A stretch of DNA of 64,000 nt, taken from Eledone cirrhosa (lineage: Eukaryota). The stretch spans positions 13,268,001 to 13,332,000 of the forward strand of contig OZ024753.1 of the NCBI GenBank assembly GCA_964016885.1, in the 5' to 3' direction. Both the position numbers and the translations under genes were made by a program. The notes beneath the pieces were generated by a model that saw nothing but the letters and a program-made list of their open reading frames with translations, was not told the origin of the DNA and did not search any database. Positions within the stretch are counted from its first letter, which is position 1. The number at the start of each line of letters is the position of its first letter. Below, in pieces: positions 50,301 to 64,000 of the stretch.

Positions 50301-50421
50301 ATATATATATATATACATACATATATATACATATATATATATATACATACATATATATATACATATATCTATATACATACATATATATACATATATATAT
50401 ATACATACATATACATACATA

Positions 50422-50459
<38 letters not shown>

Positions 50460-50491
50460 CATATATATATATACATACATATATATACATA

Positions 50492-50573
<82 letters not shown>

Positions 50574-50660
50574 CATACATATATATATATATATACATAC
50601 ATATATATATATATACATACATATATATATATATACATACATATATATATATATACATAC

Positions 50661-50693
<33 letters not shown>

Positions 50694-50873
50694 CATACAT
50701 ACATATATATATACATACATATATATATATATATAAATACATACATATATATATACATACATATATATATATATACATACATATATATATATATACATAC
50801 ATATATATATATATACATACATATATATATATATACATACATATATACATACATATATATATACATACATATA

Positions 50874-50911
<38 letters not shown>

Positions 50912-51147
50912 CATATATATATATATACATACATATATATACATATATATATATATACATACATATATATACATATATATATATATACATACATATATAT
51001 ACATATATATATATATACATACATATATATACATATATATATATATACATACATATATATACATATATATATATATACATACATATATATACATATATAT
51101 ATATACATATATATATATACATATATATACATACATATATATACATA

Positions 51148-51179
<32 letters not shown>

Positions 51180-51191
51180 CATATATATACA

Positions 51192-51229
<38 letters not shown>

Positions 51230-51378
51230 CATATATATATACATACATATATATATATACATATATATACATATATATATACATACATATATATATACAT
51301 ACATATATATATATATATACATACATACATATATATACATACATACATATATATATACATACATATATATATATATAC

Positions 51379-51988
51379 ATGGTGGCTGCCAACTCGTTTT
51401 CGAGTACGGCCACTACTTTATATCCATGTAGGAGAACCCCTACCGATGCGCTGAACGAGTGTGACTTTTCAATCCAGCCAGCCACTTGAAAACTCTGGTA
51501 CAGACACTACACTTGTGACAATTACTGACACATAGTGCTGGGCCCATGGTACCATGTGATGACAAGTGCAGAGAGATCTCCAGATATAAAGCAATGCCTG
51601 TGCCGTGAAGCTTTTATAGTGAGCAAAAGCACTGCACAAAGCCAGTCCCACTCTCTTAACCAAGATGATATTTACCAAAAAGAAGAACAAGTCAACATCA
51701 TTGGATACCATCAGGGTTGCAGGTGTTATATCAGAGTTTTCCTTCTCCTAGAATTCTGCCTTGACAAAGGCTAAGGGGTCATCTCTCCCGGTGATTTTGG
51801 ATGGCCATTGACTCTTAAGAGCTCTTTTGCCCTTTGACAGGTTTTGTTTTTAATCCTGCAGGATGTCCAAAGTCACCCTCCTCACCAAGAAACCTTGGTG
51901 GGGTTGCCAGTTTAGTCGCCAACGACCCGACCATGAGACAGGTTGTACTGGGGTACATGTTACCAGTAGCACCAACTGGTGACCTGAC
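51379..51988 (-). mobile_element. Bipartite non-autonomous RTE derivative (about 610 bp: RTE 5' UTR joined to RTE 3' end)
   Basis: 51660-51988 aligns with the RTE 5' UTR at 30020-30357. 51379-51520 is the zinc-finger remnant plus 3' hairpin. No APE or RT. Confidence 0.85.
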
Positions 51989-52371
51989 ATAATATATACA
52001 TACATATATATATACATACATATATATATACATACATATATATATATATATATATACATACATATATATACACATACATATATATATATATATATATACA
52101 TACATATATATACACATACATATATATATATATATATATACATACATATATATACACATACATATATATATATACATACATATATATACATATATATATA
52201 CATACATACATATATATATATATATACATACATATATATATACATACATATATATACATATATATACATATATATATATACATATATATACATATATATA
52301 TATATACATACATATATATACATATACATACATGTATATACATATATATATATATACATACATATATATAC

Positions 52372-52420
<49 letters not shown>

Positions 52421-52461
52421 CATATATATACATATATATATATATACATACATATATATAC

Positions 52462-52492
<31 letters not shown>

Positions 52493-52562
52493 CATATATA
52501 TACATTACATATATATATATATATATACATACATATATATACATATATATATATATACATAC

Positions 52563-52593
<31 letters not shown>

Positions 52594-52623
52594 CACATAT
52601 ATATATATAATATATACATACAT

Positions 52624-53006
52624 AAATAATATATAAGAACAAAAGATGGTTAAAAGAGTTCCATGTATTTTATTATGCGCATTTCAAAACAAATATCATC
52701 ATGCAATGATATTTGTGTTTTCATCAGATAGAATAGGAAGACATGATATGAAGGTTAAAAGAGTTCCATGTATTTTATTATGCGCATTTCAAAAACAAAT
52801 ATCATCATGCAATAATATTTGTGTTTTCATCAGATAGAATAGGAAGACATGATATGAAGGTTAAAAAACACTTGTGGATAGTGCAGTTTTAAATCAACAT
52901 ATCAATTTGTTCTTATATATTATGTATACTCCAGTCCTACAATCTGTAGAGTGCTTCTTATCGGATATCTGTATTGCTTTATTGTACTACAATAAAACTC
53001 ACCTCC
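52624..53006 (-). mobile_element. Hammerhead cassette copy 2 with two tandem ribozyme units (52666-52735, 52771-52841)
   Basis: Internal tandem duplication of about 105 bp. Each unit has CTGATGA...GAAATGCGCATA on the minus strand. Confidence 0.8.
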
Positions 53007-53053
53007 TACATACATATATATACATATATATATATATACATACATATATACAC

Positions 53054-53088
<35 letters not shown>

Positions 53089-53099
53089 CATATATACAC

Positions 53100-53130
<31 letters not shown>

Positions 53131-53357
53131 CATATATATACATATATACACATATATATATACATATATATATATACATATATACACATATATATATATA
53201 TATACATATATATACATATATACATACATATATATACATATACATACATATATATACATATATATATATATACATACATATATTATACATACATATATAT
53301 ACATATATATATACATACATATATATACATATATATATACATACATATATATACATA

Positions 53358-53395
<38 letters not shown>

Positions 53396-53441
53396 CATAT
53401 ATATATATACATACATATATATACATATATATATACATATA

Positions 53442-53477
<36 letters not shown>

Positions 53478-53593
53478 CATATATATATATACATACATAT
53501 ATATACATATATATATATACATATATATATATACATATATATATATACATACATATATATACATATATATATATACATACATATATATACATA

Positions 53594-53625
<32 letters not shown>

Positions 53626-53704
53626 CATATATATACATATATATATATACATATATATACATACATATATATATACATACATATATATACATATATATAT
53701 ATAC

Positions 53705-53847
<143 letters not shown>

Positions 53848-53860
53848 CATATATATATAC

Positions 53861-53897
<37 letters not shown>

Positions 53898-53898
53898 C

Positions 53899-53935
<37 letters not shown>

Positions 53936-54644
53936 CATATATATACATACATATATATACATATATATATATATACATACATATATATACATATATATAT
54001 ATATACATACATATATATATACATACATATATATATATATACATATATATATACATACATATATATATATATACATATATATATACATACATATATATAT
54101 ATATACATATATATATACATACATATATATATATATACATATATATATACATACATATATATATACATACATATATATATACATACATATATATATACAT
54201 ACATATATATATATATATATACATACATATAATACATATATATATATATACATACATATATATACATATATATACATACATATATATACATATATATATA
54301 TATATACATACATATATATATACATACATATATATAACATATATATATATACATACATATACATATATATATATATATACATATACATATACATATATAC
54401 ATATATATATATACATATATATATATATACATATACATATATATATATACATATATATATATACATATATATATATATACATATACATATATATATATAC
54501 ATACATATATATATACATATATATATATATACATATATATATATACATATATATATATACATATATATATATACATATATATATATACATATATATATAT
54601 ACATATATATATATACATATATATATATACATATATATATATAC

Positions 54645-54697
<53 letters not shown>

Positions 54698-54770
54698 CAT
54701 ATATATATATACATATATATATATACATATATATATATATACATATATATATATACATATATATATATAC

Positions 54771-54817
<47 letters not shown>

Positions 54818-54832
54818 CATATATATATATAC

Positions 54833-54915
<83 letters not shown>

Positions 54916-54928
54916 CATATATATATAC

Positions 54929-54961
<33 letters not shown>

Positions 54962-55056
54962 CATATATACATATATATATATATACATATATATATATAC
55001 ATATATATATATACATATATATATACATATATATATATACATATATATATATATAC

Positions 55057-55087
<31 letters not shown>

Positions 55088-55259
55088 CATACATATATAT
55101 ACATATATATATATATATACATACATATATATACATATATATACATACATATATATACATATATATATATATATATACATACATATATATACATATATAT
55201 ATATATATATACATACATATATATACATATATATATATACATACATATATATACATATA

Positions 55260-55297
<38 letters not shown>

Positions 55298-55340
55298 CAT
55301 ATATATATATATACATACATATATATACATATATATATAC

Positions 55341-55389
<49 letters not shown>

Positions 55390-55459
55390 CATATATATAC
55401 ATTACATATATATATATATATATATACATACATATATATACATATATATATATACATAC

Positions 55460-55490
<31 letters not shown>

Positions 55491-55520
55491 CACATATATA
55501 TATATAATATATACATACAT

Positions 55521-55902
55521 AAATAATATATAAGAACAAAAGATGGTTAAAAGAGTTCCATGTATTTTATTATGCGCATTTCAAAAACAAATATCATCAT
55601 ACAATGATATTGTGTTTTCATCAGATAGAATAGGAAGACATGATATGAAGGTTAAAAGAGTTCCATGTATTTTATTATGCGCATTTCAAAAACAAATATC
55701 ATCATGCAATAATATTTGTGTTTTCATCAGATAGAATAGGAAGACATGATATGAAGGTTAAAAAACACTTGTGGATAGTGCAGTTTTAAATCAACATATC
55801 AATTTGTTCTATATATTATGTATACTCCAGTCCTACAATCTGTAGAGTGCTTCTTATCCGATATCTGTATTGCTTTATTGTACTACAATAAAACTCACCT
55901 CC
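55521..55902 (-). mobile_element. Hammerhead cassette copy 3 with two tandem ribozyme units (55563-55632, 55668-55738)
   Basis: Near-identical to 52624-53006. Confidence 0.8.
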
Positions 55903-55949
55903 TACATACATATATATACATATATATATATATACATACATATATACAC

Positions 55950-55984
<35 letters not shown>

Positions 55985-55995
55985 CATATATACAC

Positions 55996-56040
<45 letters not shown>

Positions 56041-56224
56041 TACACATATATATATACATATATATATATACATATATACACATATATATATATATATACA
56101 TATATATACATATATACATACATATATATACATATATATATATATACATATATACATACATATATATACATATATATATATATACATACATATATATACA
56201 TATACATACATATATATACATATA

Positions 56225-56262
<38 letters not shown>

Positions 56263-56308
56263 CATATATATATATACATACATATATATACATATATATA
56301 TACATATA

Positions 56309-56346
<38 letters not shown>

Positions 56347-56434
56347 CATATATATATATACATACATATATATACATATATATATATACATATATATATA
56401 TACATATATATATATACATACATATATATACATA

Positions 56435-56472
<38 letters not shown>

Positions 56473-56562
56473 CATATATATATATACATACATATATATA
56501 CATATATATATATACATATATATATATACATACATATATATACATATATATATATACATACA

Positions 56563-56600
<38 letters not shown>

Positions 56601-56606
56601 ACATAC

Positions 56607-56657
<51 letters not shown>

Positions 56658-56726
56658 CATATATATATATACATATATATACATACATATATATATACAT
56701 ACATATATATACATATATATATATAC

Positions 56727-56837
<111 letters not shown>

Positions 56838-56888
56838 CATATATATATATACATATATATATATATACATACATATATATATACATAC

Positions 56889-56919
<31 letters not shown>

Positions 56920-56936
56920 CATATATATATACATAC

Positions 56937-56967
<31 letters not shown>

Positions 56968-57126
56968 CATATATATACATACATATATATATATATACAT
57001 ATATATATACATACATATATATATATATACATATATATATACATACATATATATATACATACATATATATATATATACATATATATATACATACATATAT
57101 ATATACATACATATATATATACATAC

Positions 57127-57157
<31 letters not shown>

Positions 57158-57437
57158 CATACATATATATACATATATATATATATACATACATATATAT
57201 ATATATATATACATACATATATATATATATATATACATACATATATATACATATATATATATATACATACATATATATATATATATATACATACATATAT
57301 ATACATATATATATATATACATACATATATATATATATATATACATACATATATATACATATATATATATATACATACATATACATATACATATATACAT
57401 ATATATATATACATATATATATATATACATATACATA

Positions 57438-57477
<40 letters not shown>

Positions 57478-57936
57478 CATATATATATATATACATACAT
57501 ATATATATACATATATATATATATACATATATATATATACATATATATATATATACATATATATATATACATATATATATATATACATATATATATATAC
57601 ATATATATATATACATATATATATATACATATATATATATACATATATATATACATATATATATATACATATATATATATACATATATATATATACATAT
57701 ATATATATACATATATATATATACATATATATATATACATATATATATATACATATATATATATACATATATATATATACATATATATATATACATATAT
57801 ATATATACATATATATATATACATATATATATATACATATATATATATACATATATATATATACATATATATATATACATATATATATATACATATATAT
57901 ATATACATATATATATATATACATATATATATATAC

Positions 57937-58015
<79 letters not shown>

Positions 58016-58088
58016 CATATATATATATATTCATATATATATACATATATATATATACATATATATATATATACATATATATATATAC

Positions 58089-58139
<51 letters not shown>

Positions 58140-58224
58140 CATATATATACATATATATATATACATATATATATATACATATATATATATATACATATAT
58201 ATATATACATATATATATATATAC

Positions 58225-58271
<47 letters not shown>

Positions 58272-58286
58272 CATATATATATATAC

Positions 58287-58319
<33 letters not shown>

Positions 58320-58550
58320 CATATATACATATATATATATATACATATATATATATACATATATATATATACATATATATATACATATATATATATATAC
58401 ATATATATATATACATATATATATATATACATATATATACATATATACATATATATATATATACATATATATATATACATATATATATATACATATATAT
58501 ATACATATATATATATATACATATATATATATACATATATATATATATAC

Positions 58551-58581
<31 letters not shown>

Positions 58582-58618
58582 CATACATATATATACATAT
58601 ATATATATATATACATAC

Positions 58619-58665
<47 letters not shown>

Positions 58666-58716
58666 CATATATATATATATACATACATATATATACATAT
58701 ATATATACATATATAC

Positions 58717-58763
<47 letters not shown>

Positions 58764-58772
58764 CATATATAC

Positions 58773-58819
<47 letters not shown>

Positions 58820-58894
58820 CATATATATATATACACATATATATATACACATATATATATACACATATATATATATACATATATATATATATAC

Positions 58895-59017
<123 letters not shown>

Positions 59018-59032
59018 CATATATATATATAC

Positions 59033-59083
<51 letters not shown>

Positions 59084-59406
59084 CATATACATATATACAT
59101 ATATATATATATACATATATATATATACATATATATATATATACATATATATATACATATATACATATATATACATATATATATATATATACATATATAT
59201 ACATACATATACATACATACATATATACATACATATACATATATATACATATATACATATATATATACATACATATACATACATACATATATACATACAT
59301 ATACATATATATATATACATATATATATACATATATATATACATACATATACATATATATATACATATATATATACATATATATATACATATATATACAT
59401 ATATAC

Positions 59407-59441
<35 letters not shown>

Positions 59442-59508
59442 CATATATATACATATATACATATATATATACATATATACATATATATACATACATATAT
59501 ATACATAT

Positions 59509-60128
59509 ATGGTGGCTGCCAACTCGTTTTCGAGTACGGCCACTACTTTATATCCATGTAGGAGAACCCCTACCAATGCGCTGAACGATTGTGACTGTTT
59601 AGTCCAGCCAGCGACTTGAAAACTCTGGTACAAACACTAGACTTGTGACAATTATTGACACATAGTGCTGGGCCCATGGTATCATGTGACGACAAGTCCA
59701 TAGAGATCTCAAGATATAAAGCAATGCCTGTGCCGTGAAGCTTTTATAGTGAGCAAAGGCACTGCACAAAGCCAGTCCCACTCTCTTAACCAAGATGATA
59801 TTTACCAAAAGAAGAACACGTCAACATCATTGGATAACATCATTGGATACCATCAGGGTTGCAGGTGTTATATCAGAGTTTTCCTTGTCCTAGAATTCTG
59901 CCTTGACAAAGGCTAAGAGGTCATCTCTCCCGGTGATTTTGGATGGCCATTGACTCTTAAGAGCTCCTTTGCCCTTTGACAGGTTTTGTTTTAAGTCCTG
60001 CAGGATGTCCAATGTCACCTCCTCACCAAGAAACCTTGGTGGGGTTGCCCGTTTAGTCGCCAACGACCCGACCATGGGACAGGTTGTACTGGGATACATG
60101 TTACCAGTAGCACCGACTGGTGACCTGA
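59509..60128 (-). mobile_element. Bipartite RTE derivative, full copy
   Basis: Near-identical to 51379-51988, with a small internal duplication (AACATCATTGGAT twice). Confidence 0.88.
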
Positions 60129-60189
60129 TATACATACATACATACATACATACATACATACATACATACATACATACATACATACATAC

Positions 60190-60507
60190 ATGGTGGCTGC
60201 CAACTCGTTTTCGAGTACGGCCACTACTTTATATCCATGTAGGAGAACCCCTATCGATGCGCTGAACGAGTGTGACATTTTAGTCCAGCCAGCGACTTGA
60301 AAACTCTGGTACAAACACTACACCTGTGACAATTATTGACACATAGTGCAGGGCCCATGGTACCATGTGACGACAAGTGCAGAGAGATCTCCAGATATAA
60401 GCAATGCCTGTGCCGTGAAGCTTTTATAGTGAGCAAAGGCACTGCACAAAGCCAGTCCACTCTCTTAACCAAAATGATATTTACCAAAAAGAAGAACAAG
60501 TCAACAT
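60190..60507 (-). mobile_element. Bipartite RTE derivative, 5'-truncated copy, with a pure (TACA)n tail at 60129-60189
   Basis: Matches 59509-59827. Confidence 0.85.
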
Positions 60508-60816
60508 ACATTATGGTCGTATAAAAACTCACTCTTACAATCAAGCACAGACGCGATTTCAGCAAGTCTCTTCATCTTACTCGATATTCCTCTTACTCTA
60601 AAAATCATAATGAAAAGACTATGCTGTCTATTCCAGGTATTTCGTTCCACACTTTCAGCCAAATATATATAGATTAATCTATATATGTATTTATAACTAT
60701 CTCTCCATATTTACTTGGAAACACAAGCTGTCTCTCTATCTCACAATTTCCATCCCACCAGTCCTTTCTCACCACCATAGACTCATCGACCAATCAAATC
60801 ACAGCAACAGAAATAT

Positions 60817-60988
60817 ATCTCCACCTATCACCAACAAACGCTGTTACTACTACTACTACTACTATCTCCACCTATCACCAACAAACGCTGTTACTACTAC
60901 TACTACTACTACTATCTCCACCTATCACCAACAAACCCTGTTACTACTACTACTACTACTATCTCCACCTACCACCAACAAACGCTGT

Positions 60989-61029
<41 letters not shown>

Positions 61030-64000
61030 TCTCCACCTATCACCAACAACGCTGTTACTACTACTACTACTACTATCTCCACCTATTACCAACAAACCCT
61101 GTTACTACTACTACTACTACTACTACTACTATCTCCACCTATTACCAACAAACCCTGTTACTACTACTACTACTACTATCTCCACCTATTACCAACAACC
61201 CTGTTACTACTACTACTACTACTACTACTATCTCCACCTACCACCAACAAACGCTGTTACTACTACTACTACTACTACTACTACTATCTCCACCTATCAC
61301 CAACAAACGCTGTTACTACTACTACTACTATCTCCACCTATCACCAACAAACGCTGTTACTACTACTACTACTATCTCCACCTACCACCAACAAACGCTG
61401 TTACTACTACTACTACTAACTATCTCCACCTACCACCAACAAACGCTGTTACTACTACTACTACTACTACTATCTCCACCTATCACCAACAAACGCTGTT
61501 ACTACTACTACTACTACTATCTCCACCTATCACCAACAAACGCTGTTACTACTACTACTACTACTATCTCCACCTATCACCAACAAACGCTGTTACTACT
61601 ACTACTACTACTATCTCCACCTATCACCAACAAACGCTGTTACTACTACTACTACTACTACTATCTCCACCTATCACCAACAAACGCTGTTACTACTACT
61701 TCTACTACTACTACTATCTCCACCTATCACCAACAAACGCTGTTACTACTACTACTACTACTATCTCACCTATTACCAACAAACGCTGTTACTACTACTA
61801 CTACTACTATCTCCACCTATCACCAACAAACGCTGTTACTACTACTACTACTACTATCTGCACCTATTACCAACAAACCCTGTTACTACTACTACTACTA
61901 CTACTACTATCTCCACCTACCACCAACAAACGCTGTTACTACTACTACTACTACTATCTCCACCTATTACCAACAAACGCTGTTACTACTACTACTACTA
62001 CTACTACTACTATCTCCACCTATCACCAACAAACGCTGTTACTACTACTACTACTACTATCTCCACCTATTACCAACAAACCTGTTACTACTACTACTAC
62101 TACTACTACTATCTCCACCTACACCAACAAACGCTGTTACTACTACTACTACTACTATCTCCACCTATCACCAACAAACGCTGTTACTACTACTACTACT
62201 ACTATCTCCACCTATCACCAACAAACGCTGTTACTACTACTACTACTACTATCTCCACCTATCACCAACAAACGCTGTTACTACTACTACTACTACTACT
62301 ATCTCCACCTATCACAACAAACGCTGTTACTACTACTACTACTACTATCTCCACCTATCACCAACAAACGCTGTTACTACTACTACTACTACTACTATCT
62401 CCACCTATCACCAACAAATGCCGTTACTACTACTACTACTACTATCTCCACCTATCACCAACAAACGCTGTTACTACTACTACTACTACTATCTCCACCT
62501 ATCACCAACAAACGCTGTTCTACTACTACTACTACTACTATCTCCACCTACCACCAACAAACGCTGTTACTACTACTACTACTATCTCCACCTATCACCA
62601 ACAAACGCTGTTACTACTACTACTACTACTATCTCCACCTATCAGCAACAAATGCTGTTACTACTACTACTACTATCTCCACCTATCACCAACAAACGCT
62701 GTTACTACTACTACTACTACTATCTCCACCTATCACCAACAAACGCTGTTACTACTACTACTACTACTATCTCCACCTATCACCAACAAACGCTGTTACT
62801 ACTACTACTACTACTATCTCCACCTATCACCAACAAACGCTGTTACTACTACTACTACTACTACTATCTCCACCTATCACCAACAAACGCTGTTACTACT
62901 ACTTCTACTACTACTACTATCTGCACCTATTACCAACAAACCCTGTTACTACTACTACTACTACTACTACTATCTCCACCTACCACCAACAAACGCTGTT
63001 ACTACTACTACTACTACTATCTCCACCTATTACCAACAAACGCTGTTACTACTACTACTACTACTACTACTACTATCTCCACCTATCACCAACAAACGCT
63101 GTTACTACTACTACTACTACTATCTCCACCTATTACCAACAAACCCTGTTACTACTACTACTACTACTACTATCTCCACCTACCACCAACAAACGCTGTT
63201 ACTACTACTACTACTACTATCTCCACCTATCACCAACAAACGCTGTTACTACTACTACTACTACTATCTCCACCTATCACCAACAAACGCTGTTACTACT
63301 ACTACTACTACTATCTCCACCTATCACCAACAAACGCTGTTACTACTACTACTACTACTACTATCTCCACCTATCACCAACAAACGCTGTTACTACTACT
63401 ACTACTACTATCTCCACCTATCACCAACAAACGCTGTTACTACTACTACTACTACTACTATCTCCACCTATCACCAACAAATGCCGTTACTACTACTACT
63501 ACTACTATCTCCACCTATCACCAACAAACGCTGTTACTACTACTACTACTACTATCTCCACCTATCACCAACAAACGCTGTTACTACTACTACTACTACT
63601 ACTATCTCCACCTACCACCAACAAACGCTGTTACTACTACTACTACTATCTCCACCTATCACCAACAAACGCTGTTACTACTACTACTACTACTATCTCC
63701 ACCTATCAGCAACAAATGCTGTTACTACTACTACTACTATCTCCACCTATCACCAACAAACGCTGTTACTACTACTACTACTACTACTATCTCCACCTAT
63801 CACCAACAAACGCTGTTACTACTACTACTACTACTATCTCCACCTATCACCAACAAACGCTGTTACTACTACTACTACTACTACTATCTCCACCTATCAC
63901 CAACAAACGCTGTTACTCTACTACTACTACTACTATCTCCACCTATCACCAACAAACGTTGTTACTACTACTACTACTACTACTATCTCCACCTATCACC
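60817..64000. repeat. Compound minisatellite: ATCTCCACCTATCACCAACAAACGCTGTT + (ACT)n with variable n; runs off the right edge
   Basis: Directly visible 29-bp core with a variable trinucleotide spacer. Confidence 0.97.

Noticed and set aside
60540-60590. Minus-strand ATGAAGA...GAAATCGCGTC as a degenerate hammerhead
   Set aside because: Core C3 is missing and stems I and II do not pair convincingly.
60817-64000. Common origin of the left and right arrays (both have 29-bp cores and C/A-rich + strands)
   Set aside because: Only a short CTATC(A)CCA similarity; no convincing alignment by eye.

Overview
Repeat-dominated eukaryotic (animal) DNA. The SINE/MITE types and the TA/TACA microsatellite load suggest a coleoid cephalopod (octopod), which is an inference. 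The window is bracketed by two tandem arrays: a 29-bp satellite (1-12830) and a 29-bp+(ACT)n minisatellite (60817-64000). Roughly 25 kb is TA/TACA microsatellite, which explains all the 'YIYI' ORFs. Two less obvious systems are present. (1) A spliced gustatory-receptor-like (GRL / 7TM ion channel) gene on the + strand, 13146-37326. It has three small phase-0 C-terminal exons ending in TYILVVIQ, and its TM5-TM6 region appears lost at a SINE junction. (2) Eleven minimal type-I hammerhead ribozyme motifs (nine well formed, two degenerate) in several non-coding Penelope-pLTR/retrozyme-like families, including tandem 471-bp and ~105-bp units. Five motifs are on the sense strand of the GRL introns. 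Also present: decayed RTE-clade LINEs, a bipartite non-autonomous RTE derivative, CRE-like RLE fragments, a Penelope RT/GIY-YIG fragment, tRNA-derived SINEs and mariner-like MITE remnants. All calls were made by eye, with no database searches or folding runs.
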